From: Candidatus Poribacteria bacterium
GTDB taxonomy: Bacteria > Poribacteria > WGA-4E > PCPOR2b
Assembly (NCBI GenBank): GCA_965218095.1
Contig: OZ244587.1
Span: 3,488,001-3,552,000 of the forward strand
Reading direction: 5' to 3'
Length of the DNA: 64,000 nucleotides
Under the pieces are notes generated by a model. That model saw only the letters and a list, made by a program, of their open reading frames with translations, did no database searches and had not been told where the DNA came from. Below are positions 42,263 to 51,269 of this stretch, piece after piece (within the stretch, counting starts at the first letter, position 1; each line of letters opens with the position of its first letter). The translations under genes and the position numbers were made by a program.

Positions 42263-42661
42263 ATGAGCGACGATCTGAAATACAAAGATACTACCGAAAA
42301 GATTATTGGGGCTGCTTTTGAGGTACATAAGTTTTTAGGAAACGGCTTCCAAGAGGTGATTTATCAGCGAGGATTGGCGTTTGAGTTAGCACAAGCGGGT
42401 TTGGCATTTACGCGTGAAATTGAGCAAGACATTTTCTATAAAGAATTGCCGGAGCCTATCGGTACGCGTCGAGCAGATTTTGTGGTCGAAGAAAAGGTGT
42501 TGGTGGAATTGAAGGCTATCTCTGAATTGGAAGATGTACACATAGCCCAGGCATTAAATTATTTGAAGGCATATCGGCTGGAAGTGGGTTTATTGATCAA
42601 TTTCGGATCTAAAAGATTGATATTCAAAAGATTGATTCTTTCACAACCGGATCACGGCTGA
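42263..42661 (+). CDS. GxxExxY protein (PD-(D/E)XK-like)
   Basis: LGNGFQEVIYQ, RADFVVE..VLVELKA, AQALNYLK...GLLINFG. Confidence 0.92.
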   Translation: MSDDLKYKDTTEKIIGAAFEVHKFLGNGFQEVIYQRGLAFELAQAGLAFTREIEQDIFYKELPEPIGTRRADFVVEEKVLVELKAISELEDVHIAQALNYLKAYRLEVGLLINFGSKRLIFKRLILSQPDHG

Positions 42662-42907
42662 CGCAGATAACGCCGATTTAATCCGTGTCCTCCTTTAATC
42701 CGTGACAATCTGCGATTCAGACAGTGAGGAAATTGGGATTGTGGAGGAGGCCACGAATTGCGTGTGTAAATTGTCTGAATCAGGATTTTCAGGATAGAAG
42801 GATAAACAGGATAAGAAAGGATGCGTCCAAAAACCCTGAGAATCCCCAAATTTTGTTGCCGACAATACACCACACTGAAGGACAGGAGGGAAAGGAAGAA
42901 ATTTTTG

Positions 42908-44536
42908 ATGGAAGAAATAAACTGGGAAATTCCGAGAATATCGGACGATCCAATAAAACTAACGCTAAAGAGTGGTGATCAATTATTCATCATAGGAGCT
43001 AATGGTTCGGGGAAATCGGCGTTAATACAGCGATTTGTTTCGGAGAATAGAGGCAACAGGGTTAAGCGGATAGCTGCACATAGACAAACATGGTTCGACT
43101 CAGGAAGCATCGATCTTACACCCGCAGGGCGCCAAGAACATGAGACAGACACGCTAAACTACAATAGAAACAATGAAGCTCGATGGAAGGATCTCAGGGG
43201 GGGCGAGGGTTTATCTGTTGTCTTATTTGACTTGATTGCTAAAGAAAACGCTATTAACAAGTCTATTGCTCGCCATGTACGTAATCAAGATACTGACCAA
43301 GCATTAGAGTTTTCTGCTGAATCGCCATCGCCGTTCGATCAGATAAATGAGTTGCTTGCTCGCGGCAGACTGACGGTTACGATCGAAAACTCTGATGACC
43401 AGAATCTACTCGCAAGGCACCCACAGGGGGAGCCCTTCAGCATTGCAGAAATGTCAGATGGCGAACGGAACGCAATGATCATCGCAGCGCACGTTATTAC
43501 GGCTGAACCTGAAACGGTGTTCGTGATCGACGAACCGGAAAGACACCTCCACCGATCCATTATCCAGCCATTTCTCTCGGCGTTGTTCGCCCTAAGAAGG
43601 GAGGACTGTACATTTATTATCGCAACCCATGAGATCGCACTGCCGGTCGCCAACCCGGATGCACAAGTTCTCATGCTCCGATCATGCCAGTGGAGCGGTA
43701 AACAATGCCATGCTTGGGATGCCGAAGTCTTGAAGCCGAACTCTGAACTACCGGAGGACCTCAAACTCGCAATCTTGGGATCCAGAAAAAGGATCCTCTT
43801 CGTGGAAGGCCAGCTTGGCAGTTCAGATTTTTCACTCTACACTACTCTCTTTTCCGGACTTTCCGTGATCCCAAAGGAGAGTTGTGAGGAGGTCCAAAAG
43901 GCGGTGCTTGGGTGGCGAGGATCTCAAGAAATCCACCCTGTACATGTAGAAATATTTGGACTCATTGACCGAGATAACCGGACAGACGAGGATGTAAAGG
44001 AACTTGCCAAAAAGGGTGTATTCGCTTTAGAAGTGTATTCGGTTGAAGCTCTCTACTATTGCTCAGACGCTATTGCTGCTGTTGCTGAACAACAAGCAAA
44101 ACTCCGTGATGAAGATGAAAGTAAACTCATCGAGTCGGCCAGGCAAAAGGCAGTTGGTGTTCTGAAAGGCCACGCGGAGGAAATGGCGGCGCGGATGTGC
44201 GAACGCCAAATACAAAAACTCACTCTGTCGAAAATTCCGGGCTGGAAGTCAATTAAGGATAACCCAACTCAACCAATCAGCGTATCTATTGATCCAATAG
44301 CCTATTCTGAGGAGCTTAATTACTTCGATAAACTTGTCGATGATGAATACCTAGATCAACTTATTGCCCGTTACCCAGTGCATAAAAGCTGCGCTCTTAC
44401 AACTATCGCGAAAACCCTCAAATGCTGCGATAGAAACGACTATCAGCAGATAGTTCTCGCCCAAATTCAGAAAGACAGTCAATTGGCTTGCAAGTTCAAA
44501 GAGCGTATTGGCCTACTTTCTGAAACACTGGATTAG
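42908..44536 (+). CDS. ABC-type ATPase fused to a TOPRIM/DUF4435-like domain (OLD/PARIS-like defence protein)
   Basis: GANGSGKS, MSDGER, IDEPERHLH, ATH, followed by ILFVEG...D and GLIDRD. Confidence 0.85.
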   Translation: MEEINWEIPRISDDPIKLTLKSGDQLFIIGANGSGKSALIQRFVSENRGNRVKRIAAHRQTWFDSGSIDLTPAGRQEHETDTLNYNRNNEARWKDLRGGEGLSVVLFDLIAKENAINKSIARHVRNQDTDQALEFSAESPSPFDQINELLARGRLTVTIENSDDQNLLARHPQGEPFSIAEMSDGERNAMIIAAHVITAEPETVFVIDEPERHLHRSIIQPFLSALFALRREDCTFIIATHEIALPVANPDAQVLMLRSCQWSGKQCHAWDAEVLKPNSELPEDLKLAILGSRKRILFVEGQLGSSDFSLYTTLFSGLSVIPKESCEEVQKAVLGWRGSQEIHPVHVEIFGLIDRDNRTDEDVKELAKKGVFALEVYSVEALYYCSDAIAAVAEQQAKLRDEDESKLIESARQKAVGVLKGHAEEMAARMCERQIQKLTLSKIPGWKSIKDNPTQPISVSIDPIAYSEELNYFDKLVDDEYLDQLIARYPVHKSCALTTIAKTLKCCDRNDYQQIVLAQIQKDSQLACKFKERIGLLSETLD

Positions 44537-44720
44537 GTAGAAAACCCGCAAACCGAATAGTTAGAACCTCCATTTTTAACCCAAGTTCGTCGCTTCCAGA
44601 TCCTCTCCAGCATCAAACAGGATGCGTATCTCGTCTGCTCTGTGAAATTTGGTTGACACCTATTCACCGAAAGATTATTATGACACCAAAAGAAATTCGC
44701 ATCGTGAAGGAGAAGAAGTC

Positions 44721-46268
44721 ATGCTAGAACTGAACTCAGCACCCGTTGGCTTTGATTACGCTTATAAAAGTGGGCCTAACAGAGATACTACCAAAGCGAT
44801 AGACCCGAAACTTGACGATGCCGAGGAATATAATACCCGCGGCATCGCTTACAGCGAAAATGGCAAGCAAGATAGGGCAATCGCAGACTATAACAAAGTG
44901 ATAGAACTCAAACCCGATTATGCCAACGCCTACAACAATCGCGGCATTGCTTACGGGGTAAAGGGCGATTTTGATCGTGCCATCACAGACTTTAACAAAA
45001 CGATAAAACTCAACCCGAATAGTGCCAATGCCTATAACAATCGTGGCGTTGCTTACGGGTTAAAGGACGAGGTTGACCTTGCCATCGCAGACTATAACAA
45101 AGCGATAAAACTCAAACCCGATTATGCCGCAGCCTATAACAATCGTGGGATTGCTTACCGCGATAAAGGCGATTTTGACCGTGCCATTGCAGACTATAAC
45201 AAAACGATAAAACTCAAACCTGATTATGCCGCAGCCTATAACAATCGTGGTGCTGCTTACGACAAAAAACGCGATTTTGACCTTGCCATCGCAGACTATA
45301 ACAAAGCGATAGAACTCAAACCCAATTATGTCGAGCCATATACCAATCGTGGGGTTGCCTACGACAAAAAACGCGATTTTGACCTTGCCATCGCAGACCA
45401 TAACACGGCGATAAAACTCAAACCCGATTATGCCGAGGCCTATAACAACCGCGGGATTGCTTACTTCAACAAAGGCGATTTTGACCGTGCCATTGAAAAC
45501 TATAACACAGCGATAGAACTCAAATCCGATGATGCCATAGCCTATTACACTCGCGGTGTAACGCGCTTACACCTACAAGCATGGGAAGAAGCCAAATCCG
45601 ACCTGACGACTGCCAGAAACATGGGAGTGGATATCACCGCAGAGTTTTGTAACATCTACGGAAGCGTTGCAGGCTTTGAGCAGATAACAGGTATTCGGTT
45701 ACCTGCAGACATCGCCGCAATGTTGACACCCCAAGTAATTGCCATGCGAAATAAAGAAGCGTGGGAGGCGACTCACGAATTGGCGAGCGATGCCGAAATT
45801 GGCTTAGACGAGCTCTTAGAAAACTATGCGCGGGCATGGAAAACTCTAGCAGAAGTGCCTCTGCTAGAAGGAAGTTCTGTTCACGCAGATTTAGATGACC
45901 TCGCTCCAACGGACATAGAGAAGGCACTGCAAAAAGTACGAGCAGAAGCAGAAGAAGAGAGGAGACTTGATCAAGAACTAGATGCCATCCCAGAAACGGC
46001 TTACCAAGATGTGGATCGGTTTTTGAAAACAATCAACAAACTCGTACCCCTACCCGATATTATGCCCTTAGACAACGGTGAAATCTGCCTCGAATGGCGA
46101 GAAGGACAAAAGATATTTACCTTGAGTTTTGGTGGAGATGGGCACATTGTTTTTGCTGGAATCTTCGGCGCGGAGAATCACACGCGTGGGATATTAACCT
46201 TCTCAATGCCTCACCTTATCGCCGTTATTGGCATGATTACAAGTCTTTACCTCCATTATGATTATTGA
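44721..46268 (+). CDS. TPR protein with shared cap, antitoxin-like helix and an extra C-terminal domain
   Basis: About 8 TPRs, cap, DELLENYARAWKTLAE, then IPETAY...PLPDIMPLDNGEICLEWRE...LSFGGDG. Confidence 0.8.
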   Translation: MLELNSAPVGFDYAYKSGPNRDTTKAIDPKLDDAEEYNTRGIAYSENGKQDRAIADYNKVIELKPDYANAYNNRGIAYGVKGDFDRAITDFNKTIKLNPNSANAYNNRGVAYGLKDEVDLAIADYNKAIKLKPDYAAAYNNRGIAYRDKGDFDRAIADYNKTIKLKPDYAAAYNNRGAAYDKKRDFDLAIADYNKAIELKPNYVEPYTNRGVAYDKKRDFDLAIADHNTAIKLKPDYAEAYNNRGIAYFNKGDFDRAIENYNTAIELKSDDAIAYYTRGVTRLHLQAWEEAKSDLTTARNMGVDITAEFCNIYGSVAGFEQITGIRLPADIAAMLTPQVIAMRNKEAWEATHELASDAEIGLDELLENYARAWKTLAEVPLLEGSSVHADLDDLAPTDIEKALQKVRAEAEEERRLDQELDAIPETAYQDVDRFLKTINKLVPLPDIMPLDNGEICLEWREGQKIFTLSFGGDGHIVFAGIFGAENHTRGILTFSMPHLIAVIGMITSLYLHYDY

Positions 46269-46671
46269 TCCAAGAGAAAGACTCAGTCGTTTCGTACTGA
46301 GCAGAAATGAGTTTCGTCCTTCTGATCAGACTGTTAGGCCTAAAGCATTTATCCCGCCAAAAAACAAACGGTTGTCCGTTTACCGTACCTCAACACTGAG
46401 CGAAGACGAGATTTGGTCAACTGGTAACGAGTTTGTCGCTGAACCGAGAGGTAAGACCCTTTACGGTCGAGCAGACCTTTTGGCACAAGATGTTTACGCT
46501 CTCCGGCAAAAGGTTGAACCAGAAACTTCTATACATCCTTTACATGCTGATATTATACTGTGGCCAGACGGACGGGACGACATTTTATTTTTGGCAACTC
46601 AACTCGTACTACGGTCGAAATTCGTTTCAAGAACGTCATCCCCGAACGCTTTAGTCGGGGACGGGAAATGA
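46258..46671 (+). CDS. Small hypothetical protein, possible ADP-ribosyltransferase-like toxin
   Basis: Overlaps the upstream stop; R...AF.P....LSVYR...HADI pattern resembles ART/Tse2-like folds (from recall). Confidence 0.5.
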   Translation: MIIDPRERLSRFVLSRNEFRPSDQTVRPKAFIPPKNKRLSVYRTSTLSEDEIWSTGNEFVAEPRGKTLYGRADLLAQDVYALRQKVEPETSIHPLHADIILWPDGRDDILFLATQLVLRSKFVSRTSSPNALVGDGK

Positions 46672-46731
46672 GATTAATCAACTGATACACTTAATACAAC
46701 TTAACTCCTGAAGAAATTGCCATTGTGGAGG
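46665..46731 (+). pseudogene. Decayed 3' end of a Type IIG methyltransferase gene
   Basis: AATGAGATTAATCAACTGATA...TACAACTTAACTCCTGAAGAAATTGCCATTGTGGAG reads NEINQLI..YNLTPEEIAIVE, compared with NEIDRLVYSLYDLTPKEIAIVE in copy 1. Confidence 0.7.
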
Positions 46732-46958
46732 ATTGGGTGGGTAAATTGTCTGAATCAGGATTTTCAGGATAAGAGAGGATTGGTCGCCATCTCAACTCGA
46801 CGAGCAAAAGAATCCTGAAAATCCAGTGAATCCAGATTCAGACAATTGCGAGGATAAGGTATCGCCGATAACGGGTCTTTTTGAATCCGTGTCATCCTTT
46901 AATCTGCGGCAATCCGCGATTCAGACAATGAAGAAATTACCATTGTGGAGGACAAATC

Positions 46959-48698
46959 ATGAACTCACAAAACGACCTAAGCAAAATTAGGGAAAAAATC
47001 AGCGAGATAGAGGAAAAATCAGCCAACGGCGACTATATCTACCGCGGCGAACCTGAATGTTATGAGAAAGTCTCCTCGAACCTCTACCGCCAATACGAGA
47101 AAGAAATTGAGGCGGAGCACTTTGATATAGAGGTTGTCCAAACAGAAATTCTGAACGAGGCTAAGAAATATGCCCGCGAGACCGACAACGAATTTGAAAT
47201 CATGCCCCAACTCCAACACTGCGGAGGTAAAACTAACCTGATAGACTTTACGACCGACTACCTGATAGCGCTCTTCTTCGCCTGTGATGGCTTTCTTGAC
47301 AAACCCGGTAGGGTTATCTTGTTGGGAGAAAGAGCACGGAGAGAAAACCAAGTCGAGGAACCTCCGAATCCAATAAATCGCGTCAAAGATCAGAAGAGTA
47401 TATTCGTTCAACCGCCCAAGGGCTTTATTGAACCAGAACTAGACAATATAATTGATATTCCCAAATGCCTCAAACAGCTCATGTTAAACCACTTGGAAAA
47501 GTACCACCGCATATCTACCGAAACCATCTACAATGACCTTCATGGATTTATTAGAAATCAGGACCTCCATCAAAGCGCCTACACGGAGTTTTTTAAAGGT
47601 TTGACGTGTCAAAAGAGAAAGCAGTATGATAAAGCCATTGAGCATTATACCACAACGATAGAACTCAAACCTAATTATGCCGAGGCCTATAACAATTGCG
47701 GCATTGCTTACCGCAACAAAGGCGAGATTGACCATGCTATCGAAGACTTTAACACAGCGATAGGACTCAAACCTGATTATGCCGAGGCCTATAACAATCG
47801 CGGCATTGCTTACCGCGACAAAGGCGAGATTGACCATGCTATCGAAGACTTTAACACAGCGATAGAACTCAACGATTATGCCCCGGCCTATAACAATCGC
47901 GGCAATGCTTACCGCAACAAAGGCGAGATTGACCATGCTATCGAAGACTTTAACACAGCGATAGAACTCAAACCTAATTATGCCCCGGCCTATAACAATC
48001 GCGGCATTGTTTACCACGACAAAGGCGATTTAGAACGCGCTATCGAAGCCTATACCAAAGCGATAAAACTCAACAATTATGCCCCGGCCTATAACAATCG
48101 CGGCACTGCTTACCACGACAAAGGCGATTTAGAACGTGCTATCGAAGACTATAACACAGCGATAGAACTCAAACCACACCTTGCCGAGGTCTATTACAAT
48201 CGCGGCAATGCTTACCGCAACAAAGGCGAGATTGACCATGCTATCGAAGACTATACCAAAGCGATAGAACTGAATCCCGATTATGACGAGGCCTATAACA
48301 ATCGCGGCACTGCTTACAACGACGAAGGCGATTTTGACCACGCCATCGAAGATTTTAACAAAGCGATACAACTCAAACCATACTTTACCGAGGCCTATAA
48401 CAATCGCGGGGTGGCTTACGGCAAACCGGGTGAGTACGCCCTTGCCATCGAAGACTATACCAAAGCGATAGAACTGAATCCCGATTATGCCATCGCTTAT
48501 AACAATCGCGGTGAGGCGTGGTTACACCTGCAAGAATGGGGTAAAGCCAAAGCCGACCTGACGACTGCCAAAAACATGGGGGTGGATATTATCACAGCGT
48601 TTCGTAACGACTACGTAGACATCTCGGACTTCGAGCAGAGAAATGGCGTCGAGTTACCGAAAGACATCTCCGCAATGCTAAGGCGACCGCAGACATGA
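46959..48698 (+). CDS. FRG-TPR protein 3
   Basis: YIYRGE, LQHCGGKTNLIDFT, ALFFACD; about 10 TPRs, including two 33-aa units; shared cap. Confidence 0.9.
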   Translation: MNSQNDLSKIREKISEIEEKSANGDYIYRGEPECYEKVSSNLYRQYEKEIEAEHFDIEVVQTEILNEAKKYARETDNEFEIMPQLQHCGGKTNLIDFTTDYLIALFFACDGFLDKPGRVILLGERARRENQVEEPPNPINRVKDQKSIFVQPPKGFIEPELDNIIDIPKCLKQLMLNHLEKYHRISTETIYNDLHGFIRNQDLHQSAYTEFFKGLTCQKRKQYDKAIEHYTTTIELKPNYAEAYNNCGIAYRNKGEIDHAIEDFNTAIGLKPDYAEAYNNRGIAYRDKGEIDHAIEDFNTAIELNDYAPAYNNRGNAYRNKGEIDHAIEDFNTAIELKPNYAPAYNNRGIVYHDKGDLERAIEAYTKAIKLNNYAPAYNNRGTAYHDKGDLERAIEDYNTAIELKPHLAEVYYNRGNAYRNKGEIDHAIEDYTKAIELNPDYDEAYNNRGTAYNDEGDFDHAIEDFNKAIQLKPYFTEAYNNRGVAYGKPGEYALAIEDYTKAIELNPDYAIAYNNRGEAWLHLQEWGKAKADLTTAKNMGVDIITAFRNDYVDISDFEQRNGVELPKDISAMLRRPQT

Positions 48699-48816
48699 AT
48701 GTTGACAGACAGATTAACCTCCGAGGAAATTGCCATTGTGGAGGAAGCCCTTGAAAGAAAATTAACCTGATGATTACGCCGCCAAATTTCAAAAATTGGT
48801 GTAGGAGGATAAATCC

Positions 48817-49134
48817 ATGAATGGCGCAGAAAAGGTCGTAAAGCATTTGGAAATGACCCAAGCCGTTATTAACCATTTGGGAAGCAACAGCCTCTTGGTC
48901 AAAAGCTGGAGCATGACAATTATCGTCGCAGCGATGGTTTTAATCGGCAAACAGGACATACAAAGCCCATATTTTTCATGGTGCTTATTCTTCCCATCCT
49001 GGGATTTCGGTAGAGGTTATGTTCACCTTTTTCGTGTTTGTAGTGGTTTATACGAAGGCATTATAAAGTCCATGCATCCAACTCGCGAGTCGAGGGAAAT
49101 CAGGGTGCCCCTATCGGTGAGTTCGGGGTTGTGA
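48817..49134 (+). pseudogene. Truncated small membrane protein of a type seen in defence loci
   Basis: KHLEMTQAVINHLGSNSLLVKSWSMTIIVA resembles a transmembrane-effector N-terminus (from recall); similarity is lost after ~48980. Confidence 0.45.
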
Positions 49135-49285
49135 TTGTTTCCCTGAATTCCCGGACAGATCAGCGTAGGCCTGGCAAATTCGGCCACCAAAGGCGCAGGA
49201 AGGAATCAACTAATGAGCAGCCGCATCCATTGATTTCGAGCAGTCCAATTGTCTGAGAGAGCCATGTAAGGAAAGGAGGTCAATT

Positions 49286-50449
49286 ATGACGCGAACTATA
49301 GGCGTCGGCGTAATCGGCATGGGGTGGATGGGCGCCGTACACAGCCGTACCTACCAACAGATTCCGAACCGTTTTCAAGACGGTGGCATCCAACCACGCC
49401 TGGTAATCTGCGCTGATGACGTTGAGGCGCGTGCGCATGAAGCGCAAGAACTTTTGGGCTTTGAACGATACACTACGGATTGGAAACAGGTCATTGCCGA
49501 TCCGGAGGTTGAGGTTGTGAATATTACCGCTCCAAACAACATGCACCTTGAAATTGTGCGGGCAGCAGCCGGGGCGGGTAAGCATATCTTCTGCGAGAAA
49601 CCTGTTGGTCGAAATCCGCAGGAAACTGCCGACATCGAATATGCAGCACGCCAGGCTGGCGTTTTGACCTTTGTCGGTTATAATTACAGGTGGGCGCCGC
49701 TTGTGCAGTACGCCCGACAACTGATTCAAGAAGGACGCCTGAGCAGGCTGACGCACTATCGCGGGCGTTTCTTTGCGGGCTATGCAAGTAATCCTCACAG
49801 CGTACTGTCGTGGCGTCTTCAGCGCGAGGTTGCGGGGCTGGGGAGCCTGGGTGACCTGATGTCGCATGTCATCGATATGGCACAGATGATAGCTGGTCCT
49901 ATCAAGCGTGTGGTGGGCAACTGCGAGACTTTCGTCCCACAACGTCCGCTTGCCACACCTGGTGAAGGCACGCATTTCAGCATCCGCACAGACGGCCCAA
50001 TGGGCGATGTTACCAACGAAGACTATGTTGGCGCGTTGGTGCAATTTGCCAATGGAGCCCATGGCGCTTTGGAGGTCTGTCGGGTCATAAACGGCCCGCA
50101 GTGTCAACTGGCATGGGAGGTGCATGGTACGGGCGGGGCATTAAATTGGGACTTCGAGCGCATGAATGAGCTCAATCTATTTCTCTCCCATGAGGATAGT
50201 GCGCGCGACGGTTACACCCGTATCATGAGCGGTCCCGAGCACCCGTTTCATGCACAGTTCAATCCTGGACCTGGTGTGGGTTTAGGCTACGAAGACCTAA
50301 AGCTCATTGAAGCCTACCAATTCTTGAAGTCGATTCGAGATGGGGAACAGCGCGAACCCGGCTTCCGCGAAGCGCTGGCCGTGGCTGACGTACTGGCTGC
50401 GATTCAACGCTCGTGGGAGACGGGGGGTTGGGAAAACGTACAGATATAG
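49286..50449 (+). CDS. Gfo/Idh/MocA oxidoreductase
   Basis: [30 protein letters not shown]. Confidence 0.94.
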   Translation: MTRTIGVGVIGMGWMGAVHSRTYQQIPNRFQDGGIQPRLVICADDVEARAHEAQELLGFERYTTDWKQVIADPEVEVVNITAPNNMHLEIVRAAAGAGKHIFCEKPVGRNPQETADIEYAARQAGVLTFVGYNYRWAPLVQYARQLIQEGRLSRLTHYRGRFFAGYASNPHSVLSWRLQREVAGLGSLGDLMSHVIDMAQMIAGPIKRVVGNCETFVPQRPLATPGEGTHFSIRTDGPMGDVTNEDYVGALVQFANGAHGALEVCRVINGPQCQLAWEVHGTGGALNWDFERMNELNLFLSHEDSARDGYTRIMSGPEHPFHAQFNPGPGVGLGYEDLKLIEAYQFLKSIRDGEQREPGFREALAVADVLAAIQRSWETGGWENVQI

Positions 50450-50625
50450 TACACTCTCATTTTGACGGGCGCCGTAGAGCCTGTCCGATTCTCGGACGAG
50501 CACTGCTAGTTGGTTCATCCGCTTCGGCGGTGGCGGTTGAACGGTCCCCAATTGCATTGAGGGTAGGCTTGGCAGCGCCGCTCTACTTTAACCCTCACGA
50601 GTTATTTTACAAACAGGAGGTCAAA

Positions 50626-51183
50626 ATGAAAATCCGTGAAGATTTAAAACCCGGTAACATATTCCCAAACTTTGAACGCCCCGACCAAGACGGCGTGATC
50701 AGAACACTGGACGAACTGATGCGGGGATGGCCAACGATTGTCGTCTTCTGGCGTGGACAGTATTGACCGAAGGATGTTCTCCAGTTGGAGAATTACGCAA
50801 GAGACTTGCAGCCCGAATTGCGGGTCAACTACTGCAAGCTAATCGCGGTCTCAGTCGATGATCAGGAAACGACACAAGCCTTTCGTGCGCGGATCAGCGC
50901 GGAGTGGCCTTTCCTGATTGACGCCGATCGGGCGCTGATCAATGAACTGGACATCGTGGACAACACGGACCCGGTCCACTCTCCGATTCCCATTCCCTAT
51001 ACCTTTGTGCTGGACAGCAATCGTGAAATCTACAAAATTTACAACGGTTGGTGGTTTGTGGGACGCCCCACGGTGGAGGAGCTACGGCACGATTTGCGGG
51101 CATTGATAGCGCGCCGAAATGACTATGAATATGACTGTGCATGGGATGTCTCAGAGGAGGTACGGGAGGGGGCATTTCTCTAG
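50626..51183 (+). CDS. Redoxin (AhpC/TSA-like) protein, probable selenoprotein, 185 aa
   Basis: AGGAGG RBS and ATG 50626; FWRGQY-TGA(50764)-PKD sits at the redox Cys position; the frame continues to IAVSVD...WPFLID...PYTFVLD. Hairpin GTTCTCC-AGTT-GGAGAAT at 50776-50793. Confidence 0.85.
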
Positions 51184-51269
51184 GGCGTATTGGCGAACTT
51201 GAGACAGTCCTTGTTGGATGGAAATGACGGTGTGCAGCGGAGAACGGAAAACGGGAAACATGCGACGAC

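Larger units (their letters stand above)
27610..48744 (+). repeat. Dispersed linker family: GAAATYGCCATTGTGGAGG-like motif plus GTCTGAATC...GATTCAGAC palindromic elements
   Basis: Motif copies start at about 27610, 27720, 30935, 31015, 37353, 37953, 38084, 39754, 39894, 42729, 46713, 46933 and 48726. Most are preceded by GATTCAGACA and/or followed by TCTGAATC. Confidence 0.85.

Noticed and set aside
29480-48520. CRISPR array suggested by regularly spaced TATAACAATCGCGG repeats
   Set aside because: The period is 102 bp, in frame within ORFs, and encodes TPR motifs. There are no unique spacers and no cas genes.
28908-48698. Diversity-generating retroelement acting on the AAY-rich TPR genes
   Set aside because: No reverse transcriptase is in the window, and I saw no template/variable repeat pair differing only at adenines.
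27610-48744. Classical integron with attC sites
   Set aside because: The linkers lack the RYYYAAC...GTTRRRY boxes and no tyrosine integrase is encoded in the window. Reported instead as a non-attC array.
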